From positions 1 to 42,650 of the forward strand of contig CAYJEL010000002.1 of assembly GCA_964369245.1 (NCBI GenBank): a stretch of 42,650 bases of DNA, in the 5' to 3' direction. A program made the translations under genes and the position numbers. This DNA comes from an uncultured Muribaculaceae bacterium (GTDB lineage Bacteria; Bacillota_I; Bacilli_A; RF39; UBA660). The notes under the pieces are model-generated. The model worked only from the letters and a program-made list of their open reading frames with translations, did no database searches and was not told the DNA's origin. How positions within the stretch are numbered: the stretch's first letter is position 1; each line of letters starts with the position of its first letter. Of the stretch, positions 19,611 through 28,157 are shown piece after piece.

Positions 19611-20765
19611 ATGAAAAAAAATGGATTCACTTTAATAGAGCTTTTAGCAGTAATTATTATACTAGCTATTGTTGCTTTAATAGCAACTCCAATTATACTA
19701 AATGTAATAGAGGATTCAAGAAAATCGGCTAATAAATCACAGATTGAATTATTATTAGGAGGTTTGGAGCAATTATATGCAAGTAATATGCTAAGTGAAA
19801 ATTTAGAGTTAAGTGAAAAAATCAATAATGAAGAAGATGTTTACGATTTAATTCCGACAACAAATGAAAAACCGGCTAATGGTTTTGGAAAAATAAACAA
19901 TGAAGGAAAAGTAGCTATAGCAGTAGAAATAGACAGAGTATGCTATTCTAAAAACTTCGATGATAGTGAATTGAAGATTTATGAATTACTTGACGGAGAT
20001 AATTGTATATTGCCACCTGGTGTAGGAGAATATTTATATCAGTGTAGGTATTATCAATTTTGGAAAGATGAGGCAAATCCTGAAAGTGATTTTCTTTTTG
20101 ATAAATTAACGGGAAAAATTTTAAGCTATATAGGGACAGACACTGAAGTGATTATACCTTGTGAATATGATGGTGTTCCGGTTGAAGTTATAGGAAATCA
20201 TACTAATATCGGTGCTTTTTATGGTAAGAATGTTACTTCAGTAATTATACCGGATTCTATATATAAGATTGAAAATAGCGCTTTTAGAGAATCGAAGTTA
20301 ATAAGTATTATAATACCTAATAGTGTTACGACAATAGAACATAGTGCTTTTTATGGAATTGAAAGTTTGATTAATATAGATTTAGGAGATGGGGTAGAAT
20401 TTTTAGGGAATAGTTCTTTAGAAAAAACCTCTGTAGTTGAATTAACTTTACCAGCTTCTCTTAAAACATTAGAAGCTCAAGGTTGGATGGATGACTTAAA
20501 AATTTTAATTATTGAAGAGGGGAAGTTAACATATTTACCTAGAGATAGCTTTTGGATTTCTCCTAAAACTACTTATTATGAAAAAGTAGTAATTCCTTCT
20601 AATATTACTAGTATACATGAAGCAGCATTTAAAGAGATTAGTGATGGTTGGGGATTAAAGTCAGAAGTAATAGTTTTTACCAATTCTGATAAATTAAGAA
20701 ATGTTGAAGGAGATTTGGGAACTGATTGGTACTATGATGTGAAAAAGTTTGAATTTGAACCATAG
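19611..20765 (+). CDS. Prepilin-type N-terminal domain protein fused to BspA-type leucine-rich repeats (modular type IV pilin-like)
   Basis: MKKNG/FTLIELLAVIIILAIVALIATP is a class III signal peptide (G-1, E+5). The C-terminal half carries LRR_5-like repeats (IIPDSIYKIENSAFRES.., IIPNSVTTIEHSAFYG.., VIPSNITSIHEAAFKE). RBS AGAGGTG. Confidence 0.75.
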   Translation: MKKNGFTLIELLAVIIILAIVALIATPIILNVIEDSRKSANKSQIELLLGGLEQLYASNMLSENLELSEKINNEEDVYDLIPTTNEKPANGFGKINNEGKVAIAVEIDRVCYSKNFDDSELKIYELLDGDNCILPPGVGEYLYQCRYYQFWKDEANPESDFLFDKLTGKILSYIGTDTEVIIPCEYDGVPVEVIGNHTNIGAFYGKNVTSVIIPDSIYKIENSAFRESKLISIIIPNSVTTIEHSAFYGIESLINIDLGDGVEFLGNSSLEKTSVVELTLPASLKTLEAQGWMDDLKILIIEEGKLTYLPRDSFWISPKTTYYEKVVIPSNITSIHEAAFKEISDGWGLKSEVIVFTNSDKLRNVEGDLGTDWYYDVKKFEFEP

Positions 20766-20883
20766 TCGTAAACTAACATTTTTTGTCGAATTGTGTTGTT
20801 GAAATCAAAAACTAATGATGAATGAAATATGGAATAAAAATAATTTAATCTTATGATTCATTAACTTTATTTATTATAGAACT

Positions 20884-20908
20884 AAAATAACTCGATTACT
20901 CGAGTTTT
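20884..20908 (+). repeat. 25-bp direct repeat copy B, serving as terminator of the pilin-LRR gene
   Basis: Identical to 19112-19136, with the same AACTCG/CGAGTT hairpin followed by a T-rich tract. Confidence 0.9.
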
Positions 20909-20916
20909 ATTTTGGA

Positions 20917-20944
20917 CAAAAAAATAAGAGTTTTAAACTCTTAT
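20917..20944 (-). terminator. Intrinsic terminator of rpsD
   Basis: On the - strand, ATAAGAGT-ttaaa-ACTCTTAT (8-bp stem overlapping the stop codon) is followed by T7. Confidence 0.6.
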
Positions 20945-21543
20945 CTGTTATAGAATTCTACGATTAATGATTCATTAATTTCAGCATTTAATTCGTTTCT
21001 TTCTGGATATCTTACATAAGTTCCAGTCATTTTACTTTCATCGAAAGTTACAAACTCAACTCTGTTTAATAAAGCTTCAACCGAAGTTTTAATAATTGAC
21101 ATGTTTTTATCAGATTCTTTAACTGCAATAACATCACCTGGTTTACAAGTGTATGATGGAATGTCTACTTTTTTTCCATTAACAGTTATATGTCCGTGGT
21201 TAACTAATTGTCTAGCTCCACGTCTAGTAGTTGAGAATCCTAATCTGTACACTAAGTTATCTAAACGAGATTCTAATAATTTGAATAAGTTATCTCCGTG
21301 TACACCTTTCATCTTACCAGCTTTATTAAATAATGCGTGGAATTGTTTTTCATTCATTCCGTACATAAATCTAACTTTTTGTTTTTCTTGTAATTGAACA
21401 CCGTAGTTAGATAATTTTTTAGCTCTTTTTCCACCATGTTGTCCTGGTTTAGTAGGTCTTTTAGCTAAATCTTTTCCATTTTCTAAAACTGAGAAAGATA
21501 AGTGACGAGATTTACGATTGATAGGTCCTGTATATCTTGCCAT
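20941..21543 (-). CDS. rpsD: 30S ribosomal protein S4
   Basis: MARYTGP... N-terminus and an S4 RNA-binding domain ([28 protein letters not shown]). Confidence 0.97.
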   Translation of the reverse strand: MARYTGPINRKSRHLSFSVLENGKDLAKRPTKPGQHGGKRAKKLSNYGVQLQEKQKVRFMYGMNEKQFHALFNKAGKMKGVHGDNLFKLLESRLDNLVYRLGFSTTRRGARQLVNHGHITVNGKKVDIPSYTCKPGDVIAVKESDKNMSIIKTSVEALLNRVEFVTFDESKMTGTYVRYPERNELNAEINESLIVEFYNR

Positions 21544-21699
21544 AAATTCACTCCTTTCTGGTATAAGCTACCTAAAGGTTATTAAGCCAAAGTAATAGGG
21601 TGTTTATTTCAAATGTGAATAAGTAAGCAGCAAAAGTACTCACAACCTCTAAAAGTAATAAACACATTATTAAAATTCTTAATAACGCTGCTTAGATGC
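21544..21699 (-). promoter_or_regulatory. Long 5' leader of rpsD (candidate S4 autoregulatory leader)
   Basis: About 155 nt lie between the predicted promoter and the RBS. This segment is visibly less AT-rich than other intergenic DNA here. The function is inferred from known S4 autoregulation. Confidence 0.4.
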
Positions 21700-21705
21700 A
21701 CACAT

Positions 21706-21735
21706 ATTATATTATAACCGATATTTAAAAGTCAA
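21706..21735 (-). promoter_or_regulatory. Putative sigma-A promoter of rpsD
   Basis: On the - strand: TTGACT (21735-21730), an 18-nt spacer, then TATAAT (21711-21706). Confidence 0.55.
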
Positions 21736-21820
21736 TATTAAATGTGTAAATTTATCAAAAATATTTATTAAGTGTCGATATTTATCACATTTTGTGATAC
21801 AATTATAATGGTGATGATAG

Positions 21821-23530
21821 ATGAATATTATAATTTTGAATATAGCTATATATATTATAACTATTGTTTTAATAATTATTTCATTATATACAATTAGAAA
21901 AATTAACACAAAAAGTTATAAAGTTATTTTAGATAATTTAGAAATAGAAAAAAATGTTATAGATAGTGTGCCTATAATGGCTGAAATATCTAAAATTCGT
22001 TCTTTTTTAAGAAACGATAAATTGGATGATGTTTTAAATGAATGGGAAGATAAATTTAAAGATATAAGAAACAATCATATTCCTAAAGTAACTGATATGA
22101 TTTTAGAAGCTGAATATTCTTTAACGCAAAATGATTATAAAGCTATGATATATAAAATAGCAAAATTGGAAATGGAACTTTATAAAATTAGGTCTAGTAG
22201 TGATAATCTGTTATCTGAAATCAAGGAGATTACAACTAGTGAAGAGAGAAATCGTGCTATTATGACTAAATTCAAATTAACTTATAGAGAGTTATATGAA
22301 AAGTTTAATAATACAAAAAAAGAATATGGCGAAATTACAGAATCAATTGTTTTACAATTTGAAAATATTGCTAAAAGATTTGAATTATTTGAAATTACTA
22401 TGGAAAATAATGATTATCAAGAAGTTACTAAAATAATTAAATCTATTGATGAAATGTTAAAACATATGGAAATTGTGTTAGAGGAAGTTCCTTCAATTAT
22501 TTTAATGGCATGTAATATTTTACCTTTAAAAATTAAGGAAATTAATGAAATGTATTATGATATGAAAAAAGGTGGTTATCCTTTAGATTATTTAAATGTT
22601 GAATACAATATTGAAGAAGCTAATAAAAAAATAATTGATGTTTTAAAAAGAACTGCTATTTTGAATTTAGAAGATAGTTTATTCGAACTTAAAGTGTTGT
22701 TAGACTATGTAGATTCTTTATTTGTTGATTTTGATAAGGAAATAAATGATCGTAAAGTTTATCACGAAACTAGTAATACTTTTAAACGAAGAATTGATAA
22801 AATCATTGGTTTAGTTGGTGATATATTTGTTCAAATGGATCATATAAAAAATGTTTATGATTTATCTGAAAAAGATATTAAATTTTTAGAAGAAGTTAAG
22901 GGCGAAATCAATTTATTAAATAAAGATTATGAAATTTTAATTAATCATACTTCTAGTAATGCTTTTGCATTTTCTAAATTAATTAAAGAAATAGAAAATT
23001 TAAGTGTTAGATTAAATTATATTGAAGAAAAAATGGATAATTCATTGGATGCTTTAGATACTATGAAGGAAGATGAATTAAGAGCTCGTCAACAATTAGA
23101 TGAAGTAAAAGAAATATTAAAAATATCTAAGTTGAAAATGCGTGAATATAATTTACCGATAATACCTAAATATTATTTTACTGAGTTAAATGAAGCAGCG
23201 ATGGCTATTAAAGAAATAGTTAAAGAGTTAGATAAAAAACCAATTGCAATTAATACATTAAATACAAGAGTTGATACTGCTCGCGATTTAGCTTTGAAAG
23301 TTTATTCAAGAACTAAAGAATTGCTTAAGAATGCTAAATTTGCAGAGGTAGCTATTGTTTATGGAAATAAATATAGATCGAAATCAGATGAGATTGAAAA
23401 AAGTTTAAATAATTCTGAAATTTTGTTTTTTAAAGGTGAATATCAAAAGTCTTTAGAATTAACAATTACCTCGTTAAATAAAATTGAACCAGGTATTTAT
23501 AATCGTTTAACAAAATTATATGATAAGTAA
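21821..23530 (+). CDS. ezrA: Septation ring formation regulator EzrA
   Basis: 569 aa with a single N-terminal TM followed by long coiled-coil repeats. EzrA-like length and architecture. Confidence 0.8.
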   Translation: MNIIILNIAIYIITIVLIIISLYTIRKINTKSYKVILDNLEIEKNVIDSVPIMAEISKIRSFLRNDKLDDVLNEWEDKFKDIRNNHIPKVTDMILEAEYSLTQNDYKAMIYKIAKLEMELYKIRSSSDNLLSEIKEITTSEERNRAIMTKFKLTYRELYEKFNNTKKEYGEITESIVLQFENIAKRFELFEITMENNDYQEVTKIIKSIDEMLKHMEIVLEEVPSIILMACNILPLKIKEINEMYYDMKKGGYPLDYLNVEYNIEEANKKIIDVLKRTAILNLEDSLFELKVLLDYVDSLFVDFDKEINDRKVYHETSNTFKRRIDKIIGLVGDIFVQMDHIKNVYDLSEKDIKFLEEVKGEINLLNKDYEILINHTSSNAFAFSKLIKEIENLSVRLNYIEEKMDNSLDALDTMKEDELRARQQLDEVKEILKISKLKMREYNLPIIPKYYFTELNEAAMAIKEIVKELDKKPIAINTLNTRVDTARDLALKVYSRTKELLKNAKFAEVAIVYGNKYRSKSDEIEKSLNNSEILFFKGEYQKSLELTITSLNKIEPGIYNRLTKLYDK

Positions 23531-23557
23531 ATGTAGAAATGTTCTACATTTTTTTTA
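23531..23557 (+). terminator. Intrinsic terminator of ezrA
   Basis: ATGTAGAA-atg-TTCTACAT (8-bp stem) followed by T8. Confidence 0.7.
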
Positions 23558-23608
23558 TTTAAGTTGATTTAATGTTGTTTTTATTATAAAATTATAGTAG
23601 GTGATAAA

Positions 23609-24643
23609 ATGAAGAAAGCGTTTACTTTAGTGGAATTACTTGCAATCATTGTTATATTAGGTGTTATTGCAATAGTTAGTATTCCAGCTATAAATGATAT
23701 GTTAGAAAGTCAAAAGGAAGATGAATACGATAAGTTTGTTAAAGACTTGTATTTAGTGGCAGAAAATTACGTAACTATAGAAAGTAGTATTAAAGCTAAC
23801 TTAAATAAAAATGATAATATTTTTATAAATATTGGTGATTTAATAAATGAAGGTTATATTACTCACGAGATTGTTAATCCAAAAACAGAGGAAGTAATTG
23901 ATAGTTCTGATACTATTAAAGTGATTAAAAATGATGATAATAGTTTATCATTTGAGTATTATGATTTTGATATTACAACTGATGCTTATCCACAAAATGG
24001 ACTTGTATTACACTTAGATGGATATACTAAACCAGATAATAATGTTTGGACAGATTTAAGTGGTAATGGTAATGCTGTATTAAATAATATAGCTAGTGAC
24101 GCATGGGATGGAAATTCAATTACTTTTGATGGGGTTAATGATTATGCTATTATTAGTGGTTTTGGAAGTAATATTACTGAATCAATGAGTGTAGTAGTAA
24201 CTTTTAAAGGTTTAAAAAATAATATATGGGGTTCTGGAATTTTAGGTTCTAATCATACAAGTCAAGGTCGTTTATATATTTCAGGTGGAGATAAGTTTGG
24301 TTTTAATTTTACTACTCCTTCTATTGATGCATGGACAACTACCTCAACTGTTATAACTCCTAATAATATATATAATAATGTTACGGTATTTGATCGTACT
24401 ACTAACAATAATAATATTATTTATGTTAATGGAGAGAGTGTTTATAGTGATACTAGGGGACTTGATGTTACTTGGAATGTTGGAGATTTAACTATTGGAA
24501 AAGCATTTGGAATAAATAGTTATTTATCTAATCATCCATATAATAATTCTTCTGTATATGATGTATTAATATATGATAGAGTTTTAAGTGAGGAAGAAGT
24601 TAAATCTATATATACTATAAGTAGTACTAGAATTGGAGAATAA
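23609..24643 (+). CDS. Prepilin-type N-terminal domain protein fused to a LamG/concanavalin-A-like lectin domain (modular type IV pilin-like)
   Basis: MKKA/FTLVELLAIIVILGVIAIVSIPA has E+5 but Ala rather than Gly at -1. The C-terminal ~200 aa look like Laminin_G_3 (LVLHLDG.., WTDLSGNGN.., ITFDGVNDYAII, ..VLIYDRVLSEEEV). Confidence 0.75.
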   Translation: MKKAFTLVELLAIIVILGVIAIVSIPAINDMLESQKEDEYDKFVKDLYLVAENYVTIESSIKANLNKNDNIFINIGDLINEGYITHEIVNPKTEEVIDSSDTIKVIKNDDNSLSFEYYDFDITTDAYPQNGLVLHLDGYTKPDNNVWTDLSGNGNAVLNNIASDAWDGNSITFDGVNDYAIISGFGSNITESMSVVVTFKGLKNNIWGSGILGSNHTSQGRLYISGGDKFGFNFTTPSIDAWTTTSTVITPNNIYNNVTVFDRTTNNNNIIYVNGESVYSDTRGLDVTWNVGDLTIGKAFGINSYLSNHPYNNSSVYDVLIYDRVLSEEEVKSIYTISSTRIGE

Positions 24644-24644
24644 T

Positions 24645-25796
24645 ATGAAAACAATTAGAGATTTAAGTATAAGTGGTAAAAAATTAATTATTAGAGTTGA
24701 TTTTAATGTTCCTATGAAAGATGGAATTATTAAAGATGATACAAGAATTGTTGAAAGTTTAGAAACTATTAAATATGCTATTGATAATGGTGCTAAAGTG
24801 ATTTTATTAAGTCATTTAGGTAGAGTTAAAACGGAAGAAGATTTATCAAAAAGTTTAAAACCTGTTGCTTTAAGATTAAGTGAATTATTAAATAAAAGTG
24901 TAATTTTTGTTAATGAAACTAGAGGTTTGGCTTTAGAAAGTGCAGTTGATAATTTAAATAATGGTGAGGTATTACTAATTGAAAATACTCGTTTTGAGGA
25001 TTTGGATGGTAAAAAAGAAAGTAAGAATGATAGTGAATTAGGTAAATACTGGGCTTCACTTGGGGATTTATTTGTTAATGATGCTTTTGGAACCTCGCAT
25101 AGGGAACATGCTTCTAATGTAGGTATTGCGAGTAATTTAGATAGTGGGATTGGTTTTTTAGTTGAAAAGGAATTAGAAAATTTGAGTATTGCTTTAGAAA
25201 ATCCTGAAAGACCTTTTGGAATTATATTGGGTGGAGCTAAAGTGGTTGATAAAATTACTTTAATTGAAAATTTAGTAAAAAAAGTTGATTATTTATTTAT
25301 TGGTGGAGGAATGGCATTTACTTTTTTAAAGGCGATGGGTATTGAAGTAGGCCAATCTTTATTAGATGAGGAAAGTATTGATTTTTGTCAAAATATTTTG
25401 AGTAATTACAAAGATAAAATTATATTGCCAATTGATGTTATATTAGATAATAAAAAATGTGTTTTTATAAATGAAATAGATGGTGATAAAAAGGGATTAG
25501 ACATTGGAAATCAGACTTTAAAAGTTTTTAAGCAGTATTTAAGTGAATGTAAAACTATTGTTTGGAATGGTCCTGTTGGTTTATTTGAAGAGGATGATTT
25601 TTCTTTTGGAACTAAGGGCGTTTGTGAGATACTTAAAAATATTGATGGTGTTAAGATAATTGGTGGTGGTGATACTGCTAGTGCTGTTAACAAGTTTGGG
25701 TATAAAGAATATATGACTCATATTTCAACTGGTGGTGGAGCTAGTTTAGAACTTTTAGAAGGTAAAAAATTACCGGGAATTGAGGTTATTAAATGA
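24645..25796 (+). CDS. pgk: Phosphoglycerate kinase
   Basis: Motifs RVDFNVP, SHLGR and GGGDTA. The ATG at 24645 follows a GGAGAA RBS and lies 1 nt after the upstream stop. Confidence 0.95.
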   Translation: MKTIRDLSISGKKLIIRVDFNVPMKDGIIKDDTRIVESLETIKYAIDNGAKVILLSHLGRVKTEEDLSKSLKPVALRLSELLNKSVIFVNETRGLALESAVDNLNNGEVLLIENTRFEDLDGKKESKNDSELGKYWASLGDLFVNDAFGTSHREHASNVGIASNLDSGIGFLVEKELENLSIALENPERPFGIILGGAKVVDKITLIENLVKKVDYLFIGGGMAFTFLKAMGIEVGQSLLDEESIDFCQNILSNYKDKIILPIDVILDNKKCVFINEIDGDKKGLDIGNQTLKVFKQYLSECKTIVWNGPVGLFEEDDFSFGTKGVCEILKNIDGVKIIGGGDTASAVNKFGYKEYMTHISTGGGASLELLEGKKLPGIEVIK

Positions 25797-26446
25797 GATT
25801 ATATGCTAATTTGAAAATGAATATGGATTATAATGAAATTGTTGCTTATAAAAATGGTTTGGCAAGTAATGATTTTGTTGTTATTCCTAGTTCTTTATTT
25901 ATAAGTCAGTTTAGTGATTTTGAAGTAGGTGCCCAAGATGTATCTATATATAAGAAGGGATCTTATACGGGGGATATAAGTGGTGTACAATTAAAATCTT
26001 TAGGTGTTAAATATTGTTTAATTGGTCATAGTGAAAGAAGAAAGTATTATGGTGAAGGTAATGATGTTTTACAGTTAAAATTAAATAATTTAGTGGAAAA
26101 TGATATTATTCCTATAGTTTGTGTTGGGGAAAATAGTGGTGATGATAAGTTTAAAATTTTAGATGAACAGTTATCTGTAATTACTAATTTATCTGAGTGT
26201 ATTATTGCTTATGAACCAGTATGGGCAATTGGAACTGGGGTTGTACCAACTGTATCTGAGATAGAAGAAACTATTACTTATATTAAAAATAAGTTTAATT
26301 TTTCTGTTTTATATGGGGGAAGTGTTGATGAAAATAATATTGATGAATTAGTGACTATAAAAAATGTTGATGGTTTTTTAGTTGGTAAAGCATCATGTGA
26401 TTTTGTAAAAGTTAATAAAATGGTAGAAGTCATTCGACAAAATTAG
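25793..26446 (+). CDS. tpiA: Triosephosphate isomerase (short form, 217 aa)
   Basis: Motifs IGHSERR, AYEPVWAIGTG and YGGSV. ATGA overlap with pgk. Confidence 0.9.
   Translation: MRLYANLKMNMDYNEIVAYKNGLASNDFVVIPSSLFISQFSDFEVGAQDVSIYKKGSYTGDISGVQLKSLGVKYCLIGHSERRKYYGEGNDVLQLKLNNLVENDIIPIVCVGENSGDDKFKILDEQLSVITNLSECIIAYEPVWAIGTGVVPTVSEIEETITYIKNKFNFSVLYGGSVDENNIDELVTIKNVDGFLVGKASCDFVKVNKMVEVIRQN
26433..26439 (-). promoter_or_regulatory. Perfect 0A-box heptamer (TGTCGAA on the - strand) upstream of the spo0A promoter
   Basis: TTCGACA on the + strand, 22 nt upstream of the putative -35. A single heptamer like this could also occur by chance. Confidence 0.3.
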
Positions 26447-26460
26447 CTATTTTTAGCTAT

Positions 26461-26488
26461 TTGAAAAATTTGTAAAATATTATATAAT
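26461..26488 (+). promoter_or_regulatory. Putative sigma-A type promoter of spo0A
   Basis: TTGAAA (26461-26466), a 16-nt spacer, then TATAAT (26483-26488). RBS GAGGAG at 26513-26518. Confidence 0.4.
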
Positions 26489-26525
26489 TTAATTACAGCA
26501 GTAAATATATATGAGGAGAACTTAA

Positions 26526-27287
26526 ATGAACAATGTAAAAGTCTTAATGATAGACGATAATGTGAAGTTAGTTGAAGCTGTAAAAGAGTATTTTAAAAAT
26601 AAAAATATCCAAATTGTTGATGAGGCCTATGATGGGTTTGATGGTTTTTTAAAACTATCAGAAAATTTTGATAATTATGATTTAGTTTTATTAGATTTAA
26701 TTATGCCTAAAAAAGATGGTATGTATGTATTAGAACAAATGAAGTTAAATAATTTAGAGAAAAAAATAATTGTTGAAACTAGTTATAATTCAAATGAAAC
26801 TATTAAGCAAGTATCTGATTATAATGTTGATTATTTTTTATTAAAACCATTTGATTTGGAAGATTTAGAAAAGAAGATTAATAATATTTTTAATCGTCAA
26901 GATGGTGGAAATATAGATTTTTATAATAGTAATATCCAAACGGCAATTAGTAAACTGTTGCATAATTTAGGTATTCCCTCTCATATTAAGGGATATCAAT
27001 TTATTAGAGAATCTGTTAGTATGATGTTTGAAAATCCTAATATTATTGGTGGTATAACTAAAGATTTATATCCGGAATTAGCACGGAAATTTGATACTAC
27101 AGTGTCTCGAGTAGAACGTGCTATACGACATGCGATTGAGGTTAGTTGGAATCGTGGTGATATTGATTTGATGGAAAATATTTTTGGTCATAGTGTCGAT
27201 ATAGATAAATCAAAACCAACTAATTCAGAGTTTATAGTGACGGTTGCTGATAAATTAAGATTAGATTTTCACAAAGTTGGTGTGTAA
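26526..27287 (+). CDS. spo0A: Sporulation master regulator Spo0A
   Basis: Receiver domain (LLDLIMPKKDG) plus the Spo0A-specific C-terminal DNA-binding domain (SHIKGYQFIRESV ... TTVSRVERAIRHAIEVSW). Confidence 0.92.
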   Translation: MNNVKVLMIDDNVKLVEAVKEYFKNKNIQIVDEAYDGFDGFLKLSENFDNYDLVLLDLIMPKKDGMYVLEQMKLNNLEKKIIVETSYNSNETIKQVSDYNVDYFLLKPFDLEDLEKKINNIFNRQDGGNIDFYNSNIQTAISKLLHNLGIPSHIKGYQFIRESVSMMFENPNIIGGITKDLYPELARKFDTTVSRVERAIRHAIEVSWNRGDIDLMENIFGHSVDIDKSKPTNSEFIVTVADKLRLDFHKVGV

Positions 27288-27314
27288 ATCTTTTTTGTTA
27301 GTGGGAAGTGAAAT

Positions 27315-28157
27315 ATGTTAAAAAGAATTGTAAATATATTATTATTTGGTAGTTTAGTTTTAGTATTATTAATTATGTTTTTTTTCGTAACTAATTATAA
27401 CTTAGTTAGTGAGAATAATTTAAATAAATATATTAAAGATGCTGATATTTTAAATATAAAGGCTAGTTATATTTTAAATGTTAGTGATGATATTACTGTA
27501 ATTGAAAAGTTAGAGAATATGGCTTTAGAGTTAAATATCCCTGAGGAAATTATTGTAGATATTTTAGATAGTGAAGAGTTAAAATTTTTATTGGTTGAGT
27601 ATTTTGAAAGAAGTTTGAATTCTTATTATGATGATGTTACTATATCTCAAAATACTATTGATAAGATGATTGATTCGGCTCATATTTCTAGTATGGATCA
27701 TTTGAGTGTTGTCATTAGTGATGAAGAATTGGAATATTTAATTATTGAATATTGTAATAATATTCAGCAGTTGATGCCTGAAAAATTAGAAGTAATTGGT
27801 AATTCTACTATTTTAAAAGTATGGAATTATACATTTGATTATAGTTTTGTGAATTATATATTAATTATTTTAGTTTTAATTGTTATTGTTACATTAATTA
27901 ATAAAGATTTTAAAATATCTATAAAGTATATAGGTTTGGGGATGTTAATTTCTGGAGTTATATATGTATTATTAGGTTCTTTAGATAATGTCATTAATAC
28001 TTATTTAACTAATGAGCTGGATGGAATTAAAGTTATTTTATCGCCTTTAATAACACAATTAACTACTATTTGGTTCCAAACAGGTTTCTTATTATCCTTT
28101 TCCGGGGTCTTTATATATTTAATATTTGTATTTATAAAAAGAATTGAAGCTAAGTAA
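27315..28157 (+). CDS. Hypothetical polytopic membrane protein
   Basis: N-terminal TM, an acidic extracytoplasmic middle region and 3-4 C-terminal TM segments. No motif recognised. Confidence 0.55.
   Translation: MLKRIVNILLFGSLVLVLLIMFFFVTNYNLVSENNLNKYIKDADILNIKASYILNVSDDITVIEKLENMALELNIPEEIIVDILDSEELKFLLVEYFERSLNSYYDDVTISQNTIDKMIDSAHISSMDHLSVVISDEELEYLIIEYCNNIQQLMPEKLEVIGNSTILKVWNYTFDYSFVNYILIILVLIVIVTLINKDFKISIKYIGLGMLISGVIYVLLGSLDNVINTYLTNELDGIKVILSPLITQLTTIWFQTGFLLSFSGVFIYLIFVFIKRIEAK

Noticed and set aside
20784-20790. A second perfect 0A box (TGTCGAA) just downstream of the pilin-LRR gene.
   Set aside because: It is not near any promoter I can identify, and a heptamer of this composition is expected by chance a few times in a window this size.
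19611-24643. Whether the two prepilin-type genes mark a type IV pilus or competence-pseudopilus operon.
   Set aside because: There is no assembly ATPase, platform protein, prepilin peptidase or minor-pilin cluster in the window. The two genes are separated by rpsD and ezrA. They are reported as solitary modular pilins instead.
26444-26460. Tandem ttagctattt x2 (palindromic TAGCTA-tttt-TAGCTA) after tpiA, as a possible terminator or operator.
   Set aside because: The stem is only 6 bp of AT-rich sequence with a poor U-tract, and it overlaps the putative spo0A -35 region. This is too weak to call.
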